A stretch of 64,000 nt of DNA from Octopus sinensis (Eukaryota). Positions 39,045 to 52,783 of this stretch are shown here, one piece after another (the stretch's first letter is position 1; each line of letters opens with the position of its first letter). The stretch covers positions 84,692,001 through 84,756,000 of the forward strand of contig NC_043003.1 in assembly GCF_006345805.1 (NCBI RefSeq), written 5' to 3'. The notes under the pieces are model-generated. The model did not search any database, was not told the origin of the DNA, and saw only the letters and a program-made list of their open reading frames with translations. Made by a program: the position numbers and the translations under genes.

Positions 39045-39470
39045 TCAACATAAGAAAAATTGGAAAACAAGATTGCCCAAATCACTCAGAGGCTGAACGT
39101 ATTCCCCCAATGGTGCCAACGTTGAATATTCAAAATCACCGACAGATACAGAATCATAAACGCTGAATTCCTGAGGAAAGCCAATCTGCGCAGCCTGCGA
39201 GGGAAAAAAGTGAGACTTTCAGGTCATATTTTCCAACTACGAGAAGATTGAATACCCAAGATATTTATGCAATGGCTACGTGCAGAGGAGCAAAGAGAGA
39301 ACGGGAGACCCAAGAGGACATGGTACGTCTCCTTCAAAGAAGATCTGAAGCAACTTAGCATCACCTGAGAAAATGCAGGCAACTATGCTCAAAACCGGAA
39401 AGATTAGAGGCGTCATGCTACCCGATGTACTGGCCAGCTGTACAGAAGGAACTAAGACAAGGAAGATATA
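39045..39470 (+). mobile_element. RTE-clade LINE 3' fragment, decayed
   Basis: Reads LSGHIFQL...GRPKRTWYVSFKEDLKQLSIT...YAQNRK, with stops and frameshifts. Confidence 0.75.
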
Positions 39471-40097
39471 TGTATGGATGAAGCTGGTCTTAATTACCAT
39501 TTGTTAATTATGATACATACTCTAGAGGTGGAGATAATTTTAATAAATCAAGAATTTATATTGTATGATATTTGATATACCTTTATTTGTCTACAAGCTG
39601 ATGTACCCGGTAATTCCCGGGAAAGCGGGGCTTATCCCTTGGTTCCGTTCTCATAATTGTTTCGCCAATCCAATAACAACAATACAAAGTATATAGCCCT
39701 TAAAACGGTTTTTGTCCATTTACAGAGAATACCGAACTGTTTTACACAGGATCTTGTTTTTAGGAATTCCCAATAAATTATGAATACCCAAATTGTGAAG
39801 TCAGTTGTGTAATAACATAAAATTAGTTACCCGATAGTAAGAATTCAAATAAAGTAGCCTCGAAAAGGGCTTTAATGCGTTCCCAGACTATATAGAACAT
39901 AGGAGGAAATAATAATAAGGTATGCATACTAAAATCGTGAAGCATGTTACGTAATAACAGGATAATCAGATATGAGACAATAACAATTCAAAGTAAATAA
40001 CTCTGAAAAGGGCTTTTGTGCGTTCCCAGAAAATATTACCCTTAGGGTCGCTAGTGTTGGTATATTCTTGAATAAGTCACTAACCAAAATAAGTGGA

Positions 40098-40146
<49 letters not shown>

Positions 40147-40436
40147 TCATGGAAAATTATAAATTTCCCAATGTGTGTAGCAACTGCAATGATCAAAATA
40201 TCAAGAATTATTGTATTATTTTACGAAACGAGGCGAAGAGAAGTACATATAATGTGACTCTAGATTAGAGTTTCTCCCTATTTTACACCGGTAGATCCCC
40301 ATAACCATTTGGCCCTTAAAAAATTATATTTTTTATAATTAAATATTATTAAAAACTGTATAAAAAGAGTGTTGGCATATCTTGCGTATTGCAGAATTAT
40401 AACCAATTCATTACAATTAAATTTTAACAAAATCTG

Positions 40437-41161
40437 GATCTTTTCTGTTGGGCTACACTTGTGGAAATTTTTAAGATTAGGAAAAATTTTGGAATTTGGT
40501 GTATTGATGTAATTTCCCACGCTGAATCTCAGGAGGTAATTCACTTTTTCCAGAAAAAATTTTTAACAAGTTATAGAGGTTTAAAGTTTGATCATTTTTA
40601 CCCAGTCAAAAAACAGGATTTGGAAGCTGTCATTTTGTGCAACTACACGTGATGTCAACTGTAAACAAATAAATTGACGTAATTCTGCTTTACACATTCC
40701 ATGTGACCCCTCATAACTTTTTTATTTTATGGAATTTTTGCGAAAATTTTTGCGAATTTGTGATCTACACACGGGAATTCATACGATTATGCAAAAACAA
40801 AAGTTTTAAAAAGTTGGTGCGTGAGTTAAGGCATATTTAGCTGTTATTTTTTGCACATCTCACAACCACCTGTGTTTTAAGCATTTAATAAGCGAAAAAT
40901 GACCACATGGGTAAGTAGCTCCGTAACAGCTTGGCTTATTATTTATGGAAACAGACACTATATGTATGCAGCTTTCGATTGGCTAAAATTACCCAAAATT
41001 TGCAAACTTTAAAAGCTATTAACTCTGTATTTGTTGATTTATAGCGAAAATGAATTTCCTTTCAATGATTACCGTACAAAACTACAACAACACATCAAAT
41101 ATAAAATTGATTGGGACAAAAATTGAAGAAACTGAAAAGTGGCAGCTAAACAGAAAAGCTC
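40437..41161 (+). mobile_element. Non-autonomous DNA transposon-like element with imperfect ~25 bp TIR
   Basis: Left end GATCTTTTCTGTTGGGCTACACTT versus right end (reverse complement) GAGCTTTTCTGTTTAGCTGCCACTT. No convincing TSD. Confidence 0.7.
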
Positions 41162-41595
41162 CAAGTATCAAGTGAATTATGATTTGATGGTAAAAGCTGG
41201 GATGTCATTCGTCATAAAACAGCTCGATCAGGTCCAACCCGAGTTAAAACATCACCATCACCACAAGCAAAGAGAGTATAGAATTTTCAGAATATGTAGC
41301 AATGGCTAAAATCCTAAGAATCGCTGAATTAGTTCTATGAATCAATTAGGTGGTAAGGGGAACACAACATGGTCATTTTGGCTTGCAAGAAACAATAGCC
41401 AAATCTCCCCCAAAGAACTCCTTACGGATCTTGTTTATTTTCTCTCAAACGCTTGAATATTTTCAATTTTTCACATGATTATTTTCAAAATAATAATAAA
41501 AAAAGAAACAAGAAAATGTATTTTTGTATGTTGCTGATGAAATTCGCATTCATTCTATTGTATTTTACTTTCGTTAGAAATTTGATGTAGCTCTT

Positions 41596-41975
41596 TGACT
41601 CTTTTACTTGTTTCAGTCATTTGAGTGTAGCCATGCTGGAGCACCGCCTTTAGTCGAGCAAATCGAACCCCAGGAATTATTCTTTGTAAGCTTAGTACTT
41701 ATTCTATCGGTCGCTTTTGCCGAACCGCTAAGTTACGGGGACGTAAACACACCAGCATCGGTTGTCAAGCGATGTTGGGGGGGGTACAAACACAGACACA
41801 CAAACATATACACACACACACACATACATATACATATATACGACAGGCTTCTTTCAGTTTCCGTCTACCAAATCCACTCGCTTTGGTTGGCCCGAGGCTA
41901 TAGTAGAAGACACTTGCCCAAGGTACCACGCAGTGGGACTGAAACCGGAACCATGTGGCTGGTAAGCAAGCTAAG
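41596..41975 (-). mobile_element. SINE family A
   Basis: Reverse complement of a near full-length family A copy. Confidence 0.9.
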
Positions 41976-42349
41976 CTCTTTTCCTACAATCTTAAAAAAG
42001 AAAGCATACATAGGATTCCGACGAATGCGGCAAATCAGGATTGGAATGCGAATTAGGGCTGACCTGGTTCTAAACAAGGGCAATGACAATACAGTCGTAG
42101 ATAATAAGATGGGATAACACACGGTTAACCAAGAATAAAAAGGAAGGGCGCATTATATATCGTAGTCCTCGATAGATTATATCTGAAGATGACATGGGTG
42201 GTTCCGACAGAAATTGTCTTTGATTATAGGATGCCCTCGATCAGGACCGAGCCGGATTAAACAACAATAGTTATAGCCCTAATGTCACTTCTTAACCACA
42301 AACGTACCCTTAATTTTTTTTAGACTGCCAATGCCGTCTATTTCTAGGG

Positions 42350-43135
42350 CAACGGCTCTAACATCATCATCATCAGCAGCAGCAGCAACATCACCACCAC
42401 AAGTACCATCATCAGCATCACTTACCACTAGTTCTACCGGCACCAACAGCAGCACCAGTAGCAGCAACAGCACCGCCTCCAACAACACTGCTATCGCTAT
42501 CGCTGCCTCCGGTTCCACCATCAACGCCAGCTCTAGCACAACCATTACCAACACCACAATCATCACAACCACCACCAGCACCACTACCGTCACAACCGCC
42601 ACCACCAGCACCACCACCACCATCACCAGCATCATTACTACCAGTACAACCACCAGCATCCCCCTTCAGCACCAGTACTACCACCATCTGCATCACCATC
42701 TACACCACTACTATAACCGCCACAGCCACCCTCAATATCACCACTAACTAACACTGCTTCCAACACCTTAACCATCAGTACCGCTGCTACTACCACCACC
42801 ATAACCACTACGGACCCAAAATACCACCACCTTCGCCACCACCACCGCCACCACCACCACCTTCGCCACCACCACCGCCACCACCACCACCATCACCAGC
42901 ATCATTACTACCAGCACAACCACTAGCATCCCCTTCAGCACCAGTACTACCACCATCTACACCACTACTATAACCGCCACAGCCACCCTCAATATCACCA
43001 CTAACTAACACTGCTTCCAACACCTTAAACATCAGTACCGCTGCTACTACCACCACCATAACCACTACGAACCCAAAATACCACCACCACCACCAAGCCA
43101 CCACCACCATCAACACCAACACCACCATCACCACT
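42350..43135. repeat. (ACC/CAT)-derived low-complexity tract with an internal ~260 bp tandem duplication
   Basis: CATCACCAGCATCATTACTACCAG...CCCAAAATACCACC occurs at ~42620 and ~42890. Confidence 0.85.
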
Positions 43136-43189
43136 ATTTCTAACCGTAAGCGGTACCAGTAAAATAAATTATTTGTATGAGGCAATGAA

Positions 43190-43430
43190 GAAGCCTCTAT
43201 GTGGTCGCTTGTTGTGCTGAACATAGATGCTTCTTCTCCTCACGTCAATCTGTAACATTTTCTAAAACAAAACAAAACAAACCAAACAAACGAACAAAAA
43301 CAAAAACAAAAACAATAAAATATACTGAATAATGTGGCTCTAGAGTCATTATAAAAGACGATGCTCAGAGCTGGAAATAAATTTGATCATAGGACAGCTT
43401 GATGAAGGCCGACCTGGGTTAAACCACCAC
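43190..43430 (+). repeat. Short dispersed repeat family E
   Basis: GAAGCCTCTATGTGGTCGCT...GCTGGAA...TTTGATCATAGG...GACCTGGG followed by an AAC/ACC tail. Confidence 0.55.
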
Positions 43431-43754
43431 AGCGCCGCCGCCAACCCGCACCAACAACAACAACAACAATAATCTTTAACTATCCAACATCACTTCTAAT
43501 ACAGTAACAGCAACCGCTTGTTTTTTCCCCTTGTCTCTTGTCCTCCTCCTTCTTCCCATCCAACCATCTCTACCAATCCCCTAACTTATTCTGAGCCTCC
43601 CTCGCAGGCCTTGTTCTCGCTTTCTCACTAACACAATCTCTCTCTCATACACACACTCGCTTCATGCATATTATAATACAAAACTATTCCTACCGCTCCT
43701 AGTTTTTTATTTGTCTTGTCCTCCAAATAAATTCTCTGTCTGTCTGTCTGTCTA

Positions 43755-43806
<52 letters not shown>

Positions 43807-43929
43807 ACACACACATACACACACATCTCTGTCACTTTCTGTCGCTCTCACAAACTCCCACTCTCTCTCTGAGTATATGTGTGTGTGAGAGTGCGCGCGT
43901 GCATACGACTACGCTTCCTCCTTCCCCCT

Positions 43930-43966
<37 letters not shown>

Positions 43967-44699
43967 CACAGTTACATGACATAGACGCACGCGCACATAT
44001 GTATGCATGTATAATTGCGTGTATAAATACTACATATGTATCTCTCCCACACTCCTCTCTCTCTCTCACACATACATATGTACATATATATATAAGTATA
44101 TATATATGTGTGTGTGTGTATGTATGTATATAAATATATATAAACTGACAGAACAGATGTTTACTTATAATTACACCAAACTTCCTTTACCAAAAGATCT
44201 GAAATTAAATTCTTCCTTTTACATAGAACTCCACAAACTATTCAAACAACTGTCTTCAAGACTGCCTGAAGTTTCTCTACAGAAGAATATTTATATACGA
44301 CAAAGTGAAAGGAAGGAAGGGGAGGGAACATAGAGTAGAAGGAGGAGTAAGAAGGGGAGGAGGAGGAGGGAAAAAAGAGGAAACTGAGGGAGACGAAGCA
44401 TCGGAATCGAAATAGTCTCACCACCATCTTCGCCATCACCTTCTCCTACATCACCTCCACCAACAACAACAACATAACCAATACTATCATCCTATCCCCA
44501 CTCTATCACCACCACTCCACTCCAACAACAACTCTCCCCCCCCCACTAAACCACCACCATTACCACCACCGCCATTGCTGCCACCACAACTATAACCACT
44601 ATCACCACCACTACCTGCAGTACCCTCACCAGCCCCGCTGCCGCCGCCGCCACCTTCAGCGACATCTCCAACGAGTGAACGCAGGAGCCTCATCCACGA

Positions 44700-44890
44700 G
44701 GTCGTTCGACAAACCTGTTAGAAATAGCAGCCACACATTTCGTTTGAGATCGCGTACATTACCGTTTTCAAAAAGGGGAAGGACGCATTGGATGCATTGT
44801 TTGGAAGAAAAAAAGGTAAAAAAGCAAAGACGAAAAGGTCACTTCTGGAGCATTTTTAATTATTAGGTATACTTGACCAAGGCTGATCTG
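44700..44890 (+). repeat. Short dispersed repeat family E
   Basis: ACCTGTTAGAAATAGCAGCC...GAAGGACGCATTGGAT...GGCTGATCTGGG. Confidence 0.55.
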
Positions 44891-46120
44891 GGACAAAACT
44901 ATTACTACTACTACTGCTGATGTTACTACTACTACGACCACGACCACCACAACCAGCACCACCACCACTAAGTGTTTCGAGGCAAAGAGGGGCTCTCTAC
45001 TCGGCCGGTCAATATGGAAATCTCCCTCAAATTATACTTTAATCTCTTAAAAGAAAATAGTCACCCGTAGTTCAAGATAGTCATTGAAACAAAGAAAAAA
45101 ATGTGTAGACGGCCAAAGCTGGAACGCCTTTGATGATACCTTATGAATATCAACAACAGCAACAGGTTGATCGACGGATTAAAAATAGCTACTCAATCTC
45201 TCTTAAATCATTGCTATACACCTTAAAAAATAAAATACACATTGAACAATATAAGGGATTATCTATCTCGTCCCTTATATATATTATATATATATAAAAT
45301 ACAAAATGGGACAAGAACGCAAAACATCCGGACAACTAGGTGATACAAAAAGGGACAACAAACATCCAGATAGACGATAGAAAAAAACAAGGACGGGTCA
45401 TTAGAAGCTTTCTATCCTCAGTCAAGAACCAGATCATCCTCGCACATATATATATATATATATCATACATACATACATAGACGTGATGGTCACGAAAGGA
45501 ACGTACTTGGTCATAGATCTACTGGATCAGGGCTGAGCAGGGTAAGGGACCAATAACGACACCAAACAATAGCAGCAACAGCAGCAGCGGCAGTAGCAAC
45601 AACACCGCAAAGATGTTACGATGGACAGATATTTAAACTATGATACCAAAATTTGCTGTCTTTCCCCATCGCAACTGCCTCCGCCGCCCGTACATATAAT
45701 CCCCATCACCACCACCACTACTATCACCACCACCACCATTGCCATCACCTCCTCCACTACCAAGTAATAAAGAAGGAAAATAAAGAAGAAAAAAGTAAAA
45801 AAAAATTTTTTAGTATGTTATCAGAAGAGAAATGACATATGACAGACAACGACAAATGACAAACGACAGACGACAAACAAAACAAAGCAGAAAAGAGAGT
45901 GGATACCTTTTACAAACTTCAAACAGAGGTAAATGCGTCTTCCTTTTATTTTGTTTTTATTACGACTTATGTTTCTCAGTTCGAATCCCACCCAGGTCAG
46001 CTTTGTCTTTCTTTTTTCTGAAGTGGACACACAAAAAAAAATAAATAAATAAAAACTATCCGTCAAGTACTGGGGATCAATGTAATCAGTTGGACACCCC
46101 CACCTCAAATTGTTATTCCT

Positions 46121-46184
46121 GAGAGAGAGAAATATATATCCATACATACTCAAATATATACCACTAGCCACCTCGAGTTGTTGA

Positions 46185-46244
<60 letters not shown>

Positions 46245-47403
46245 CATCAATCTATCTATCTATGCAAACTCACACACACACAAACACACACACATATACA
46301 CACATACATGTATATACATTGGATTAATAGAAGAGCGTCGGGTGTGTTTGGGGGGTATGTTCCTACGGTATTTTGATCTGGTTTTTACATCTTGTTTCAA
46401 ATTCTGTCGAAGTTAACTTTGATTTTCAGCCCTCAACGGTCAAGAAAATAATGTACAAGCCAAAGTACGAGTCAACTAACCCCACCTTCTAAAGGTGCTA
46501 GTTTTCTGCCGAAATTAGGACAATTATTATTATTATTATTTGAATACCAGACAAAATTCTTTGGGTATTTCTGCTGGCCTTTTAGTTCTGAGTTCAAAGT
46601 TAACTCACAGAAGTCTTTGGGGTCGATAAAATAAGCACTGGGATCGATGCAATCGACTATCCCTACCCCCACAAGAAGTTCAGGGCTTGTGCCGACAGTA
46701 AACGAAACTATATAGTTGCTGCTGCTGCTGCTGGAAATTAAAGTGGCGAGTTGGTAGAATCGTTAGCGGCGTTTCGTCCGTCTTTACGTTCTGGGTTCAA
46801 ATTCTGCAGAGGTCGACTTAGCCGTTCATCCCTTTAGATCGATAAAATAAGTTACCAGTTTAACCCGGGGACCAACGCCGAAATTGTTGGTCTTATGCCA
46901 GAATTAAAACCCTTATTGCTATTGATGTTGTTGTTCTGGATTAATACAGTTAAGTTCTATGTTCGAAATTGTTTACGCATAGCATAGTGATAGATGAAAA
47001 AGAAAAATTTTTTAAAAGCATGAAACAAGAACTAGTTTCGTCCCCTACTTCCCGCTCCTTTCTTCTTTTTTTCATCTGAATTTATTTGTTTCCGTTTCAC
47101 CTACGTTCATAATTACCATGCTAAAAGCATGAACACCATAAAATCTCATTTTACTTCACATAAAAGCATATAAAAGCATATATATATTTCACATAAAAGC
47201 ATACATATATGTTTGCATGTATCTATATGTGAGGAATATTTGCATTTACGTGCACATGTATATACATATTCACACATATAAATACAAAACACACATATAT
47301 ACATGCACACACATATATGAATATATACACATTTATATGTATATACATGTATGTGTGTGTATGTGTGTGTGTTTGCGTGTGTGTGTGTTTGCATAGATAG
47401 ATT

Positions 47404-47455
<52 letters not shown>

Positions 47456-47545
47456 TCAACAAATTTGAGCTAAGAGAAATAACTCGAGGTGGCTAGTGGT
47501 ATATATTTGAGTATGTATGGATATACTGTATATTTCTCTCTCTCT
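46121..47545. repeat. Inverted duplication: about 200 bp arms around a ~1 kb spacer containing SINE B fragments
   Basis: 46121-46319 is the reverse complement of 47337-47545, including the (CTAT)n and CA tracts. Confidence 0.85.
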
Positions 47546-47824
47546 CTCATTCTCCCTCTCCCCCGCTCTCTCTCTCCCCCTCTCCCCCTCTCTCTCTCTA
47601 TATATATATATATAAACATACATACGTATATAATTTTGCTTGTATGTATATATGTATGTATTTATGTATGTATGTATGTATGAATGTATGTATGTATGTA
47701 TGAATGTATGTATGTATGTATGAATGTATGTATGTATGTATGTATGTATGTATGTATCTACACATGTATACGATGCTACATCCATATATACAACTACCTA
47801 AATATATATATGTATTTGGATCCA

Positions 47825-47990
47825 AGATTCATCTCATGGATGCTTTGAGATGCATCATCAGTGATGTCTGAGGCCTCATGGGATCTTAGGAGGCCTTAAG
47901 TCTTTCAACATCAGACACCATCAGACACCATCGCTCAGTTGAAAAAACCCGGGGTTAATGAAATCGCAGCATGCATCCCAGTAGCAGCGA
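47825..47990 (-). mobile_element. HERO-like 3' UTR fragment
   Basis: Minus strand reads GCTGCTACTGGGA...GGTGTCTGATGTTGAAAGAC...ACATCACTGATGATG, related to ~10195-10290. Confidence 0.55.
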
Positions 47991-48266
47991 AGCATATATA
48001 CATGTGGGTATATGTGTATATACATACACGTGTTTATATAAACGTACATATCAATCTACGATAATATGTACATGAAGCAGATGATGGGAATATTTGTCTG
48101 ATATGCTTGTCTGTCTATGTATCGTATTGGGGCCTCGTTATTCTGGCTTGTCATTCGTTCCTATGAGGTCGAAATTGTTTAAGGGTTTATTGTTTTCGAT
48201 GGTATATTGATATTTAATGATCGTCTTCGTTCGTAGTCTTATTATGCCAGGATAATAATTAGGTGT

Positions 48267-48499
48267 AAGGCGGCGAGCTGGCAGAACCGTTAGCACGCCG
48301 GGCGAAATGCGTAGCCGTATTTCGTCTGCCGTTACGTTCTGAGTTCAAATTCCGCCGAGGTCGACTTTGCCTTTCATCCTTTCGGAATCGATAAATTAAG
48401 TACCAGTTACGCACTGGGGTCGATATAATCGACTTAATCCCTTTGTCTGTCCTTGTTTGTCCCCTCTATGTTTAGCCCCTTGTGTGTGATAGAGAAACA
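48267..48499 (+). mobile_element. Full-length SINE family B with 16 bp TSD
   Basis: TSD GATAATAATTAGGTGT at 48251-48266 and 48500-48515. tRNA head plus AGGTCGACTTTGCCTTTCATCCTTTCGG..TCGATAAATTAAGTACCAG core, which resembles the Nin SINE domain as I recall it. Confidence 0.93.
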
Positions 48500-48629
48500 G
48501 ATAATAATTAGGTGTTTCTAGATTTTAGGTTAAGTGGCAATATATATATATATAGCGTCAAGCTAATGTACTTCTTGAGCACGTCCCCGCGTTCGTTATT
48601 CTTTTTTTCCGTTTTTTATCCGTTTATTT

Positions 48630-48985
48630 GACTTAAATTGCTTCCCAACCACATGGTTCCATGTTTAGTCTTTCTGTGTGAAACCTTGGGCAACTGTCTT
48701 CTACTATGCCCTCGTCTCGCCCAAAGCCTTGTGAGTGGATTCGCTAAACGGAAACTGAAAGAAGCCTCGTAGTATATATATATATATGTGTGTTTGTGTG
48801 TGTGCGTGTCTGTCTCTGTGTTTGTCCCCCACTATCGCTTGACAGCCGATGTTGGTGTGTTTACGTCCCCGTAGCTAGCAAGTACTAGGCCTACAAAGAA
48901 TAAGTCCTGAGGTCGATTTGTTCGACTAAAGGCGTTGCTCCAGCATGACTGCAGTCAAATGACTGAAACAAGTAAAAGAATAAAT
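48630..48985 (+). mobile_element. SINE family A, degenerate
   Basis: Head remnant, body and tail motifs match the other copies. Confidence 0.8.
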
Positions 48986-49098
48986 ATATATATATATATG
49001 TATATATAAATATACACATATATACACACACACACGAACACACCCACATATCCCTCTCTATATATATGTACGTATGAATGTATGTATATGTATATTTT

Positions 49099-49136
<38 letters not shown>

Positions 49137-49148
49137 CATTTGTATATA

Positions 49149-49219
<71 letters not shown>

Positions 49220-50137
49220 TATATATATATATAAATGTGTATGTATGTATGTATGTATGTATGTACGTATGTATGTATGTATGTATGTATGTATGTATGT
49301 ATGTATGTATGTATGTATGTATTTGTGTGTGTGTGTTTTGTAATATGTACGTATTTATAAGTATTGCTATTACTCTCCTGAAGACATGAGTATCGCAAAA
49401 TTCTACTTTTTGAACGCAATAATAATAATCTTTTCCACTCTAGGCACAAGGCCCAAAATTTTTGGAGAGGCGGCCAGTAGATTAGATCGACCCCAATACG
49501 CAACTAGTACTTATTTAATCGACCCCGAAAGGGTTAATAAAATAAAGAACCTGTCAAGTATTGGGATCAATATAATCGAATGTTGCCTTCAGTATTGTGC
49601 TTATATAAGAATTCCTCATTAAGAGCTGTGATTTGGCAGAATATTTATATTACGGAGCAAGTTGCATTGCGGTATTTGTCCTGGTCCCGTATGTTCTGAG
49701 TTCAAATCCCGCCTTCAGTCCTTTTGAAGTCGATAGTATTGGTTTGATTTAAGTTCTACCGTACCATTCCCGTTTTGAGAATAAAATTGGGTAGACGGAA
49801 ATGTTGCTGTCTGTTGGATGGATTGCACTTGTATATCAACAGGTACAACCTTGTTACACATGGCGTGTCACACATATTCTACTTGAGATTTACATTAAGG
49901 GTACAGTACAGGTGTCTACGGAATACTCAGCCTTCTACACGCTAATTCAATGATCAAGAAAGTTAATCACTCGAACAATTGAATCCTAATCGTCGAAACC
50001 AGAGACGATTCAACCATCTGTGTGTGAGTGTGTGTGTGTGTGTGTGTGCGCGCGTGCGTGCGTGCGTGTGTGTGTGTGTTTTTGTGTGTGTGTGTGTGTG
50101 TGTGCGTGTGTGCGTGCGTGAGTGTGTGTGTGTGTGT

Positions 50138-50191
<54 letters not shown>

Positions 50192-50401
50192 TTTCGATTA
50201 CCGGCTCTGGCTGTGCTTTGAGTTCTTGAACAAAAACACTTCGTTTCCACATTGCTCCCAGTCCCCTCAGCCACAAATAAATAACCCTTTCGGGTGGTTA
50301 TTATTCTGTTCAGGGGAATTTTGTGATCTCGGTAGCTTATATGCCGTGGAAACATTACTGTTTCAAGTCCTATGAGTTCTAACACTTGAAACAGTAATGT
50401 T

Positions 50402-50453
<52 letters not shown>

Positions 50454-50851
50454 TATAGAGAGACAATGTTGCAAACAAACAAATGAAACTGCTCGAGCTA
50501 GATATACAAAATATAAATACATATTATACATGTAAAAGTATACATGAGATGGGTATCTATCTTGTTAGATACACATCTCTGCCCCCTAAAAAACGGAGGC
50601 CGGATCTACCTAATATATATATATGCTTCCACAACTAGTTGCATATCCTCGAGTTTTTGCTAACTACATCTACCTATATATATTATGAAGAGATTCCGAG
50701 CCCACAGAAACAGTTGTAAGAGCTTTACCCTTAAATTTTCTGCGTTTATACTGTGTAAGTTTGCTCAGTTAGTATATGAATATCTATATATCTGTACAGG
50801 GATACTCATCATCTGAATATTTTCGGTCACGTTTTTCACTTTATACATATA

Positions 50852-51758
50852 CTAGCAGTATCGCCCGGCGTTGCTCGGGTTTGTAAGGGAAATAACTATA
50901 TAAGCATTTTTATTTAGAGATGTAAAGTATAATAGCCATCTCAATATGGCTAACCACAAAGGGGGGGGGGTTACTGTAGCTTTTACGTTCTGAGATTTAA
51001 TAATACATTTTTAGAGAGTTACTTCCCTTATATAATAGCAAAAAAATGCATTAAAAAATGGGAAAAAATTATGGTAAATTTTTTTTTAAATCATAGACTC
51101 ATCGTAGACGCGCACTAATACTCAGAAGGGCTCGATATGAATCATGACTATAAGATACCCGCTTTTGGTTACACTGCAACGCAAAATGTGGGAGCAGTTA
51201 GGAATCTAAATCGTAGGAGACAGACACACAACTTTAGTTTTATATATAAAGACTAGCAGTATCGCCCGGCGTTGCTCGGATTTGTAAGGGAAATAACTAT
51301 ATCAGCATTTTTAGAGAGTTACTTCCCTTATAAATTCGGGCTTTCTTAGCCATTTTTGTTTTGGTGTCTTCAAGCCATGAAGTCGTTGTTCTAAAAGAAC
51401 GCTGGTTTCCTTCACAACGCATTACGACGTTGATTTCTTTACACTCCCTTCCCCACAGCTTCACGAGGGAGGGAAGGGGGAGAAGCAAACAGGTGCAGCT
51501 GTGAGCGTGGACGCCAACTCCGCCGCCATCGACACACGATGCATTTTATGCATTAAAATGGAATAAAAAATGATGTTAAATTATTTTTAAAATCGTAGAC
51601 TCATCGTTGACGCGCGCTAATCGTCAGACGGGCTCGATATTAATCACGACTATAAGATACCCGAATTTGGTTAAACTGCACCGCAAAATGTGGGAGGAGT
51701 TAGGAATCTAAATCGAAGGGGACAGACACTCACACAACTAGAGTTTTATATATATAGA
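50852..51758 (-). mobile_element. Head-to-tail dimer of a non-autonomous Helitron
   Basis: Minus strand reads A|TCTATATATATAAAA...hairpin...CTAG|TCTTTATATATAAAA...CCCGAGCAACGCCGGG...CTAG|T. The units are 51253-51758 and 50852-51252. Confidence 0.85.
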
Positions 51759-52382
51759 TATGTATGTTTGTATATTTTGCACATTTAGCCCCAGCGGCTT
51801 CACTTGTTTATTTGCATCATTATGTCCATATCTGCTCACCTGCATTCCTCTTATATCCACTCTTTACCACGTGGATTTAATCATCGGTAAAGATTTCGGA
51901 GTGTAAGATCAAATCAGATGATTTCTATATTGAGCATCACTGGATCTTGTCTGTTGATTTTTTTCTCTCTATGTCTATATAAAAATATATATGTAAAACA
52001 GGACGGGTTTCTGCACAGGTATTTATCGAACAAAGGTTATGGTGGATGTCACTTGACCAAAGTGCCGCACAAAATGGCAAAAGTTGGTAACTCTAAAACC
52101 TAAACCCTATGTAAACGCCTTAATCACACACATGCATGCATTTGCATAAAGTAGTGTCTATTTACAGCTAGCAACTTTGAGGCGACGACAATTGAGAATG
52201 TCATGACAGTCGACTAATCTCAATAGCAATATAACTCACCGTTAACCTTTGTAATTAGTTAATTGCCCTGTTGACATTTAGAACGTGTGACTGACACCGG
52301 ACTGCACTGGCTACCGATTGTAGAAAGTTCGAATATGTTAGGGTCGCATATGTGTGTGCGTGTGTATACCTATATATATATA

Positions 52383-52443
<61 letters not shown>

Positions 52444-52444
52444 T

Positions 52445-52650
52445 ATAACACCAAACAAGAAAGCACAAAAAAAAACACAACAACGCGAGGACGTGGAACA
52501 AATATAGTATTATTGGACGCTCAGGAAAGAAGGAAAGAAGGAGGGTTTAACGTTTCGAGCGGAGCTCTTCATCGGAGTCATAAGAGAAGGAAAGATCCAG
52601 AGAAGGGAAGACAGAGGAAAAAAAAATATCCCCAACGGTACACACGAGGT
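52445..52650 (-). mobile_element. Penelope-like terminal repeat with degenerate minimal HHR
   Basis: Minus strand reads CCGATGA-A-GAGC[TCC]GCTC-GAAACGTT. Core U4 is changed to C and stem I is poor. Confidence 0.6.
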
Positions 52651-52653
52651 CAC

Positions 52654-52713
<60 letters not shown>

Positions 52714-52783
52714 TTAACCAGCTAGAAGAGAAGTCCTCTTAGGGTTAAAAAATTGCAGTAAAGACTGTTCAAACGGAACAGCT

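Noticed and set aside
42285-43224. Mucin-like Ser/Thr-rich and Gly/Val-rich ORFs
   Set aside because: This is an (ACC)n-derived low-complexity tract open on both strands, with stops in the duplicated unit and no splice or signal-peptide evidence.
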